Assembly (NCBI GenBank): GCA_033549025.1
Contig: JAWSUS010000004.1
Span: forward strand, 32,001-96,000
Length of the DNA: 64,000 nt
DNA from: Desulfuromonadales bacterium
GTDB lineage: Bacteria; Desulfobacterota; Desulfuromonadia; Desulfuromonadales; SZUA-540
Reading direction: 5' to 3'
The translations under genes were made by a program, and so were the position numbers. Numbering within the stretch: position 1 is the first letter of the stretch; the number at the start of each line of letters is the position of its first letter. This document shows positions 32,160 through 40,787 of the stretch, piece by piece. The notes beneath the pieces are model-generated. The model saw only the letters and a program-made list of their open reading frames with translations, made no database searches and had not been told where the DNA came from.

Positions 32160-35100
32160 ATGCAGTCAATGCGGGCCGTATTGGAAAATTTGAGCATGTT
32201 GGTCGACGCCTTCTCGGGGGATGGTGAGAAGCGTAGAGGGTGTAGATCGGAAACATGCGGGGGTTCTGCGGGCAACCGGGAAGGGCTTCAGGCCGGAACG
32301 TCCGGTAAGGTAGAACGGTTCCCTTATCCTCGTTTTCTCAAGGGGTTGATGTCGGTCGGGTTCGCCATCTCTGTTTTTTTCCTGGCGATGGGGGGCTTTT
32401 CGCCGGCCATGGCGGGGACGGAATTTTGCTCGGATTACAAAAAAAATCCTGACGACATGATTGCGGTTATCGATGGCAATGACCCCTACGTTCAGGCCAA
32501 CCTGCCCAGCAGTTCCTTCGGGATTGACATGAACTGCGAATTTCGCAATTTCTCGATATCAACCATTTGGCCTAACGGCCTGACGCCTACCCTGAACTTT
32601 TATACTCCGACCAAAACCGAAATCTATCTGGTTGCCTTTGACAATGTCTGGTTCTCCGGCAATATGGCGTGCGCCAACATCGATCACAAACTGTGGGTGG
32701 TCAACTCCGAGGAAGGAGCATTCAGCGGGGCTTGCCAGGATATTATGATCCCGGCAGAAACCATCGACAAGCAGTCGCCTGCGGCCACCGCCAGCGTTGG
32801 CGTGCCCTTCACTTATGAGCTCACCCTGCCGTCCATGAATTATCCCGCTGGCACGCCCTCATCCAACGATTTGGGAACGATCACCGTGGTGGATGATCTC
32901 GCCGCTACCGGGGCCGATCTGACGCTGGTGAGTCTGAGTGCCTACAATAAAGGGACCGCGACCGCTATTCCGATCACGAATTTTTCCGACAGCACCGATA
33001 CCTATCTGCACTTTGCTTTGCCGAATATTAATGCCGGGGATCAGGTCGTTGTCGAGTTGACGGTCGTTCTCAACGATACGCCAGTCAACCAGACAGGCAG
33101 ACAGTTTACCAATACGGCAAAGTGGTCGTTTTCACGTTGGATCGATCTTGACGAAGATGGTATTCAGGATGCCAATGAATACTTTAATCCGCTGCCGGGC
33201 GAGTCAGGAATTTCGACGACGATGACCATCGTCGCACCGAATCTGGTGGTCAACAAGACAAGCAATACGACAGCCCTGAACGTGGGGGATCCGGCCACCT
33301 TCACCATCGATGTGCAGAACAGCGGGGGCGGCGCGGCCTGGAATGCGACCATCCTCGACCGGATTCCGACCGGCATGTGCGTCAACGACCCTACTGGCGT
33401 CACGCCAGGTCTGGATGCCAAACTCGTTGATGCCGACGGAACCACCTTGGTTAAAGACCTGGTTGCTGGTGCTGACTATACCGCCACCTACGCCGGCTGT
33501 GAACTTAGCCTGACTCTGACCGATAGCGCCCCGATTGCACCGGAACAGCGTCTGATCATCAACTACACGACCCAAATAGATCCCCTTGACAGCCCGGATT
33601 TTCCAGAGGACGGTGCTCTGTTGACGAACATTGCCGGGGCCACTCGCTGGTTCAGCGGGGATAGCGGGCATGAAGGTCGGCAGGAGTTCGTCAGGACACT
33701 TACCGACGGCACTCCGGGTGTGGTGGATTTCCAGGATAGCCAGACCGTCATGGCGGCCATGCATGGCTACTTTTTCGAGAAAACCGTCCAGAATCTGACC
33801 AGCTTGGCCAACCCCGCCACTATCGCGGCACCGGGTGATACTCTCCGCTACCGGCTGCGTGTTTTTAATGTCGATCAGAATATCCAGAGTATCGTCATCG
33901 ATGATTTGCTCGATCTGGACGTCTTCGATCCGTCCAGTTTTGACAATGTGGCGATTACGGCTGGAACTGGATACAACGCCAATTGGAGCTTCGAGCCTGA
34001 CACGGGTCACCTGCAAGTCAGCGGGGCGCCAACGTTAAACGTCGATGTGCATGGCGAACTCGTGGTGCATTTTGACATAACGCTGCGCTCAGATCTCGCC
34101 AACGATACCTCGGTGTCCAACCAGGCCAGTCTGACCGCCATTGATTTCAAGGCGTTAAGCGATGATCCCTACATTAACGGGGTGTCTTCGCCGGATGTGG
34201 CGGGAGACGAAGATCCGACCGTGGTGACAATCCAGACCCCGGGCCCCTTGGCCAAGGCGAATACCCAGACCACCGCTACAATTGGGGAGCGGTTCGAGTA
34301 CACCATCACTGTTCCCGCCATTCCCAGTACGGTGCCGCTCTACGACGTGCAGATTCTGGATACGCTGCCCGACAACCTGAAGTTTGTGAGCGCCCGGGTA
34401 GTTACGAGCGGTGCCTGGACCCTGGACAATATGGGCTCCGGCAACTCTCTGGTGCTGGAAGACCCCGTCACCGGCATCGATATCCCGACCGGAGGCCAGG
34501 CCAAGATTGCCATCACTGTGGAATTGCTGAACGCGAGTACCAACCAGGGAAGCGTGCTCTTCAGCAACAGTGCGACCTACACTTACAACCGGGCCAACGG
34601 TGTCGACAGTACGCAATTGCCCGGGGGCGGAAATGCCACCCCGAACATGACGGTGTTTGAACCACTCCTGGCGGCGGTCAAGACGGCCAGCTTCGCTGCC
34701 CCGGCCGGAAAACCGGCTTCCGATCCTGCCACGGTGGGTGATGTGCTGGAATATCAGGTAAGCATACGCAATAACGGTAAATCGACCGCCTTCGATACCA
34801 ACATTGTCGATACCCTGCCGGCAAATCTGGAGCCGCTCCCGGACTCCGCCACCGCCACAATTAACGGTGTCGCGATCAGTGATTTTGTCGTGAATCCGTC
34901 CACCCCTGCAGGATCGATCCTTGTTTGGGGGCGTGAAAATGGCGACGGCAGTCTCGATATCCCCGCCGGGCAGACCCTGGTGCTCACCTATCAGGTAACA
35001 GTGGTGGACGCCTCCTCGGTGAGTTCCTTCACCAACAGCGCCTATGTGGACTGGACTTCTCTTGACGAGGATTATCCCATAGATCCCTTCGATAATCCCG

Positions 35101-38100
35101 CGCCGGGCCGGGAACGCACCGGCACGGGGTGTGGCACGACCGGGATTGTTCAGCCGAACGACTATTGCAGCGGCCCGGCCAATTTCACGGTATACACGGT
35201 CGACAACACCGCCATCACCAAGTCGGTCTGGGCCGATTCCTATGCCGAGACCCCTGAGAGTACAGCCGATCCCATCCTTCGCGTCGGTGACACCGTTACC
35301 TATGATCTGACCCTTCATCTGCAGGAATATACCACGCGCCAGGTCGTGGTCGAGGACGTGCTGCCGGAGGGGCTGGTGCTGGAGAGCTTTGCGATCCTCG
35401 CTGGGACAAATTTTGCCTACTCGCCGGGGAGCCAGCCTGCGGCCGCGGCCACCGGTACCCTGCGTTGGGAATTCGGCGACATCATCAATACGCCGAACGG
35501 TATTTCGACCGACGATGATCTGGTCATCCGCTACACGGCCAGGGTGGTTATCGACGCGCCGGCCCTGGGGGTAAACTACGACCCCTCCAACCTGCTCGAC
35601 AACCAGGTGAAACTCTTTTATGCCGGTGGTGATCCGGTTGCCTATCCCGCCCGACTGACCGCGACCGCGCGAATTGACGTACGGCAACCCCTGATGACAG
35701 CCCTCAGCAAGACCGGGGCGACGGTCGGTCGCAGTGCCAGCGGCGATGGCTCCAGCGCCAACCCCTATCAGGTCGACATCGCCAACGATGTCATGCAGTT
35801 CCAGCTGCAGTCGTGCAACAACGGGCTGGCACCGGCCTATAACGTGCAGATCACCGACCTGCTCGCCAGCCAACTGGACGAAACCAGGCTGAGCACACCG
35901 GTCGTGACGCTGGGCGGCTCGGTGCTGGCTGCCGGGAGCGACTACACCTACACCCCGCCGAGCGGACGGGGGGGCGCCCTGGAGTTTGGGCTGAATACGC
36001 CAGTCGCGCCGGGCCAGTGCGCCCGGGTAGACTATACGATCGGTTTTTATACTGATCTGACCGCCGGAGAGGACTGGTCCAATCAGGCCAAGGTGACAGA
36101 GTACGAATCGCTGCCTGAAAATGGACGTCTTTATGCATCTACGGAGATGGCGCAGGTCTGGATGACCAATCAGTCCAGTGTTCAGCCGCTGGCAAAGGCC
36201 TTGTTTTCCTCGGCAACGGCGACCATCGGCGAGACCGTCACCTACCAGATCACCGTGCCGGGAACGCCGGTCAATGCCGCGCTCGACAACGTGGTGATTA
36301 CCGACACCCTCGATGCGGCACTGGTCTATGTCGGTGCCAGCGTATCCGCACCCTTTACGATGAACGCGAGTTCGTCCGCGCAGAATGTCAGCCTCGTTAT
36401 TGACCGGATTCCGGCCGGAGAACAGGCCGTCATTACCCTGACCGCCCGTGTCGCCAACAATGCCCAGGCCAATGCCGGTTACAGTTTTACCAATACGGCA
36501 GACTATACCTATACCGATATCCCGGCCGGGGCGGTGACCAGTGGCAGCAGTGCTCCCCTGACCATTGCCGAGCCGGCTGTCACCGTGAACAAGGCGGTCA
36601 CCCCTGACCGTGCGCCCACCGCCGGGGATATCCTGACCTATACGGTACAGATGGCCGCGGCGGCGGGATCTCAGTACTCCAGCGCCTATGATCTGGTTCT
36701 GACTGACTCGCTGGGGGCGGGGCTGGCCTACGTTGCGGGCAGTGCGTCGCTCAACGGCGTGGCAGTCGCTGACCCTGAAATTGACGGACAGGAGCTCTCC
36801 TGGCTTGGCGGCATCGATATCCCCGAGGGCACGACTGCCTCCCTGCTCTATCAGGTGCGCGTCCTCGACAGTGTCGCTATCGGCCAGATTCTGACCAACA
36901 GTGTCACTGCCCGCTGGACCAGCCTTGACGGCTCCAGTGCCGACGAGCGCACAGGCAGCGGCGTCGCCCCTGATGATTACGTGGCCACCGCCAGCACCAC
37001 CCTGGTCGTGGGCGACAGCACCACCTTCGCCAAGGTGCGGGTGAGCGACAGCTATGGCGAGACCGATAACAATGTTCGCATTGGCGATCTGATCGATTAT
37101 GAGTTGCGCTTGGGGCTGCAGGAAGGCACCCATACCGGCATCAGCGTCACTGATCAGCTACCCGTCGGCCTCCAGTATGTCGAAATGGTCAGTGCCACCT
37201 CCTTTGGCACGCCCCTGCTCACTCCCCCGGCTCCGGTCATCAATGGACAGACCCTGTCCTGGGCCTTGGGGTCGGTGACGAATCCCGTGGACGGTGATGC
37301 CAGCAACGATGTCCTGGTGCTCCGGTATCGGGTGCGCGTGTTAAAGGACACTCTGGCCCAGACGCCGGTCAACCAGACCCTGAGCAACAATGCCACCCTG
37401 ACCTACGAAGTGGCCGGAAATACGGTGTCGCGTTCTGGCAGCGCCAGTGTTGTCGCGCTGCAGCCGATGCTGACGGTGGCCAAGAGTGTGGCGCCAGCCG
37501 GCGGGGATACGGTCATCGGCGCCGGGGAAATCCTCACCTACACGGTCAATATCGCCAACAGCGGCGCCGCGCCGGCCTATGACACGATACTCATCGACAC
37601 CTTGCCCCTCGGACTGCGCCAGGGCGAGATCACTGTGTCGGCCATGACGCTGGTCAATAGCGGCAGCAGTCTGCCGCCCCTGGCGCCGAGCTATGAGCCG
37701 GCCACCGGTGTGGCCACCTGGAATTTCGATAGCAACAGCGCAAACACCTACACCATTCCTGCCGGCGAAACCCTGCGCGTCGTCTATACGGTCAGGGCCG
37801 ACGACGATCTCGGTCCTGGGCTGACCCTGACCAACACCGCCCAGGTCACGCTTTACCATTCCTTGGACGACGAAGCGGTGCCCTCGGGCACGACGGTCAA
37901 CGACCGCCAGGTCTACGGTCCCACCAATATGGCACAGCAGACCCTGACTTCACCGGAGCCAGGGGGGCTGCTCAAGGAGAACCCGTCGATTCCGGCTGTC
38001 ACCATCGGGCAGGAGTTCACCTATACCATCACCGTCCCGGCAGTGCCGCAGCCGATCGCCCTGCACGATGTGCGCATTTTCGATGATCTCGGCCTCACCG

Positions 38101-40706
38101 GCGTCGATTTGGGCCTGATCAGCATCAGCAAACTCGCTGGCACGCAACCCTGGAATCCGGTCAATACCGGATCCCCGACCAGTCTGGTGATCGAGGATGT
38201 CGGCGCCGGTATCGAAATTCCGGCCAATGAGCAGATCGTCATCGGGGTGACGGTGCGCCTGAACAATGTTGCTGCCAATAGCGCCGGTCTGACCTTCAGC
38301 AACACCGCCGCCTATACCTATAACCAGGTCGACGGTGATGCCGCGACGCTGAAGGAGGGGGGCAGCAATACCACCGTGGCCCTGCGGGTGGTGGAGCCCG
38401 CGGTGACTGTTCACAAGAGCGTGGTGCCCGAGACTCCTCCCCAAAACGGCGACATCCTGACTTATACCGTCACCTTGACGGCTGCGGCGGGCGCTGATTT
38501 TTCCGATGCCTTTGATACTACCCTGGTCGACATCCTGAGTCCGGAACTGCTCTATGTCAGCGACAGCGCGCGGGTGGGTGGCGTTTCTGTTGAACCGACC
38601 CTGAGCCATGACGGAGTCAACAACCTGCTTACCTGGGGCGGTGGCATTGATGTCGCGGCCGGAACAAGGGTCGATGTCACCTATCAGGTTCGGGTGAGTG
38701 ATACGGCCAATGCCGGCCAGACCCTGACCAACAGCGTGACGGCCCGCTGGAGCAGTCTTGACGGCAGCAGTCCCGACGAGCGCACCGGTAGCGGCGTCCC
38801 CGCCTATAACGATTACGTGGCCACGGCCGCTGCTCCACCGCTGACCATCCCGACTCCGACTCTGACGTTGCAGAAGAGTGTGGACAAGCCGATTGCCAAT
38901 CCCGGCGACCTGCTGCACTACACCCTGGCCATCCACAACCCGACAGCCATTCGGCTGGCCGATTTTTCCCTGATCGACGTGCTGGATCCGACCTTCTTCC
39001 AGACTGGCTCGATCCACATGCTCACCCTTCCCGATGGGGCCACGGCTACGGTCAGCGGCGACACCCTGACCATCACGAATTTGACTGTCACACCGAATGC
39101 CGACCTGACAATCGCGTTCGAGGCGCGCCTGAGAACGGACCTCAAGAGTGGTGCCGTTGTTCTGAACCAGGCGGAATTGCAGGGGCCCTGGCCGACACCT
39201 ATCAAGAGCGATGACCCGAGCGTGGACGGAACGGTGGACCCGACGCAGACCCTTATCCCGGCCGATGGCGTCGTCTATGATGTGGTGGAACGCAAACCGC
39301 TTGCCGGGGTAACGCTCACCATGCGCCTCGCCTCCACCGGGGCTGATCTGCCCGCAAGCTGTTTTGTCGATCCGTCCCAGCAGAACCAGCTGACACCGGC
39401 CGATGGCACCTACAAGTTCGATCTCACCTTTGGCCAGCCCGAATGTCCGGAAGGGGCGGACTATGTCCTTGCCGTCTCGGCGGTGCCCGCGAACTTCGTC
39501 GCGGAGCCTTCCTTGGTTCTGCCGCCTGCCAGCAGTACGGCCTATTCCGTGCCGGTGTGCGCCAACGACGCCATCCCTGACACGGCGCAATGCGAGGCGT
39601 CTGCCTCAGCGGTAGTCCCCACCACGGCGGATGCCACCTACTATCTGCAGCTCACCCTCGATTCAACGGCCAACCAGCTGTTCAATAACCTCATCCCGGT
39701 TGATCCCTATGTCGAGGAAAAGATCTATATCTCCAAGACGACGCCTCAGGTCAATGTCACCCGCGGCCAGCTGGTTCCCTACACGATTACCTTCGTCAAC
39801 ACCCTGCGCAGCACCCTACCTGAGCTGAGCCTGATCGATACGCTGCCCGCCGGCTTCAAATATGTGACCGGTTCTGCCCGGCTTGACGGCACACCGCTTG
39901 AGCCGCTGGTCAGTGGCCGGCAGCTGCAGTGGGACAACCTTGAGGTTGACTATCGGCAAAAGCACACCCTCCAGCTTCTGGCCATCGTGGGTGCCGGTGT
40001 AACCGAAGGCAAGTATGTCAATCAGGCGCAGCTGATCAAAGCCGACACGGGTGGGATCTTCTCTGAAGTGGCCACCGCCACGGTACGCGTCATCCCCGAT
40101 ACGACCTTCGACTGTACCGACGTGATCGGCAAGGTCTTTGACGACCGCAATCTCAACGGCGTTCAGGATGTTGGCGAGCCCGGCCTCTCCGGTGCCCGAC
40201 TGGTCACCGCCCGTGGGCTGATTGCCACCGCCGATGAGCATGGGCGTTTCCACCTGACCTGTGCGGCGGTTCCTGACGAAGACCGTGGCAGCAATTTCAT
40301 TCTTAAGCTGGATGATCGTAGCCTGCCGAGCGGGTATCGCATCACTACGGAAAATCCGCAGGTACAGCGCCTGACGCGCGGCAAAACCGCACGTTTTAAT
40401 TACGGTGCCACTGTTCATCGTGTGGTCAGCCTTGATCTTGCGGAAGGGGTTTTCGAGCCGGAGTCGACCGAAATGCGCCTTCAATGGATCCCAAGGATTG
40501 GCCTTTTGGTCGAAGAGTTGAAAAAAGCGCCTTCAGTCCTGCGGCTGTCGTATCTGGCAGATGTCGAATCGGAAGCGATCGTGCGTCAGCGTCTCAAAAC
40601 GCTCAAGCAGGAAATAGAGCGCCACTGGAAGTTGTCTAAGGGGGGTTACCGCTTGACGATTGAGACCGAAGTATTCTGGCGTCGTGGCGGGCCCATGTCG
40701 CGCTGA
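32160..40706 (+). CDS. Giant secreted fibrillar surface protein with ~15 DUF11/isopeptide-forming fimbrial modules, an SdrD-B-like domain and a degenerate C-terminal OmpA-like domain
   Basis: Hydrophobic signal ending SPAMA. Repeated xxK(T/S)...GDxxxY...xDxLPxG...xNxA modules. VIGKVFDDRNLNGVQDVGEPGL. True start is uncertain (32160 or a downstream Met). Confidence 0.85.
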   Translation: MQSMRAVLENLSMLVDAFSGDGEKRRGCRSETCGGSAGNREGLQAGTSGKVERFPYPRFLKGLMSVGFAISVFFLAMGGFSPAMAGTEFCSDYKKNPDDMIAVIDGNDPYVQANLPSSSFGIDMNCEFRNFSISTIWPNGLTPTLNFYTPTKTEIYLVAFDNVWFSGNMACANIDHKLWVVNSEEGAFSGACQDIMIPAETIDKQSPAATASVGVPFTYELTLPSMNYPAGTPSSNDLGTITVVDDLAATGADLTLVSLSAYNKGTATAIPITNFSDSTDTYLHFALPNINAGDQVVVELTVVLNDTPVNQTGRQFTNTAKWSFSRWIDLDEDGIQDANEYFNPLPGESGISTTMTIVAPNLVVNKTSNTTALNVGDPATFTIDVQNSGGGAAWNATILDRIPTGMCVNDPTGVTPGLDAKLVDADGTTLVKDLVAGADYTATYAGCELSLTLTDSAPIAPEQRLIINYTTQIDPLDSPDFPEDGALLTNIAGATRWFSGDSGHEGRQEFVRTLTDGTPGVVDFQDSQTVMAAMHGYFFEKTVQNLTSLANPATIAAPGDTLRYRLRVFNVDQNIQSIVIDDLLDLDVFDPSSFDNVAITAGTGYNANWSFEPDTGHLQVSGAPTLNVDVHGELVVHFDITLRSDLANDTSVSNQASLTAIDFKALSDDPYINGVSSPDVAGDEDPTVVTIQTPGPLAKANTQTTATIGERFEYTITVPAIPSTVPLYDVQILDTLPDNLKFVSARVVTSGAWTLDNMGSGNSLVLEDPVTGIDIPTGGQAKIAITVELLNASTNQGSVLFSNSATYTYNRANGVDSTQLPGGGNATPNMTVFEPLLAAVKTASFAAPAGKPASDPATVGDVLEYQVSIRNNGKSTAFDTNIVDTLPANLEPLPDSATATINGVAISDFVVNPSTPAGSILVWGRENGDGSLDIPAGQTLVLTYQVTVVDASSVSSFTNSAYVDWTSLDEDYPIDPFDNPAPGRERTGTGCGTTGIVQPNDYCSGPANFTVYTVDNTAITKSVWADSYAETPESTADPILRVGDTVTYDLTLHLQEYTTRQVVVEDVLPEGLVLESFAILAGTNFAYSPGSQPAAAATGTLRWEFGDIINTPNGISTDDDLVIRYTARVVIDAPALGVNYDPSNLLDNQVKLFYAGGDPVAYPARLTATARIDVRQPLMTALSKTGATVGRSASGDGSSANPYQVDIANDVMQFQLQSCNNGLAPAYNVQITDLLASQLDETRLSTPVVTLGGSVLAAGSDYTYTPPSGRGGALEFGLNTPVAPGQCARVDYTIGFYTDLTAGEDWSNQAKVTEYESLPENGRLYASTEMAQVWMTNQSSVQPLAKALFSSATATIGETVTYQITVPGTPVNAALDNVVITDTLDAALVYVGASVSAPFTMNASSSAQNVSLVIDRIPAGEQAVITLTARVANNAQANAGYSFTNTADYTYTDIPAGAVTSGSSAPLTIAEPAVTVNKAVTPDRAPTAGDILTYTVQMAAAAGSQYSSAYDLVLTDSLGAGLAYVAGSASLNGVAVADPEIDGQELSWLGGIDIPEGTTASLLYQVRVLDSVAIGQILTNSVTARWTSLDGSSADERTGSGVAPDDYVATASTTLVVGDSTTFAKVRVSDSYGETDNNVRIGDLIDYELRLGLQEGTHTGISVTDQLPVGLQYVEMVSATSFGTPLLTPPAPVINGQTLSWALGSVTNPVDGDASNDVLVLRYRVRVLKDTLAQTPVNQTLSNNATLTYEVAGNTVSRSGSASVVALQPMLTVAKSVAPAGGDTVIGAGEILTYTVNIANSGAAPAYDTILIDTLPLGLRQGEITVSAMTLVNSGSSLPPLAPSYEPATGVATWNFDSNSANTYTIPAGETLRVVYTVRADDDLGPGLTLTNTAQVTLYHSLDDEAVPSGTTVNDRQVYGPTNMAQQTLTSPEPGGLLKENPSIPAVTIGQEFTYTITVPAVPQPIALHDVRIFDDLGLTGVDLGLISISKLAGTQPWNPVNTGSPTSLVIEDVGAGIEIPANEQIVIGVTVRLNNVAANSAGLTFSNTAAYTYNQVDGDAATLKEGGSNTTVALRVVEPAVTVHKSVVPETPPQNGDILTYTVTLTAAAGADFSDAFDTTLVDILSPELLYVSDSARVGGVSVEPTLSHDGVNNLLTWGGGIDVAAGTRVDVTYQVRVSDTANAGQTLTNSVTARWSSLDGSSPDERTGSGVPAYNDYVATAAAPPLTIPTPTLTLQKSVDKPIANPGDLLHYTLAIHNPTAIRLADFSLIDVLDPTFFQTGSIHMLTLPDGATATVSGDTLTITNLTVTPNADLTIAFEARLRTDLKSGAVVLNQAELQGPWPTPIKSDDPSVDGTVDPTQTLIPADGVVYDVVERKPLAGVTLTMRLASTGADLPASCFVDPSQQNQLTPADGTYKFDLTFGQPECPEGADYVLAVSAVPANFVAEPSLVLPPASSTAYSVPVCANDAIPDTAQCEASASAVVPTTADATYYLQLTLDSTANQLFNNLIPVDPYVEEKIYISKTTPQVNVTRGQLVPYTITFVNTLRSTLPELSLIDTLPAGFKYVTGSARLDGTPLEPLVSGRQLQWDNLEVDYRQKHTLQLLAIVGAGVTEGKYVNQAQLIKADTGGIFSEVATATVRVIPDTTFDCTDVIGKVFDDRNLNGVQDVGEPGLSGARLVTARGLIATADEHGRFHLTCAAVPDEDRGSNFILKLDDRSLPSGYRITTENPQVQRLTRGKTARFNYGATVHRVVSLDLAEGVFEPESTEMRLQWIPRIGLLVEELKKAPSVLRLSYLADVESEAIVRQRLKTLKQEIERHWKLSKGGYRLTIETEVFWRRGGPMSR

Positions 40707-40787
40707 ACCGGGCGTCATGGTGCCGGCTCCTGAGACAGGATCGGGTGCAATGGGATGTACATGCCTCTTAAGCATAGATGGAATTAA

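Noticed and set aside
31770..32275. Short ORFs in the gdhA-to-fibre intergenic region
   Set aside because: They overlap the promoter, riboswitch and terminator, which explain the sequence better.
34155..37133. 992-aa minus-strand ORF (also 37950-39590 and 42402-45071)
   Set aside because: Antisense shadows of the giant genes, expected from high-GC codon bias. No recognisable motifs.
32160..40706. T1SS/RTX adhesin, autotransporter or multiheme cytochrome
   Set aside because: It has a Sec-type signal. I saw no GGxGxD repeats, no C-terminal barrel, no adjacent ABC/TolC genes and no CxxCH motifs.
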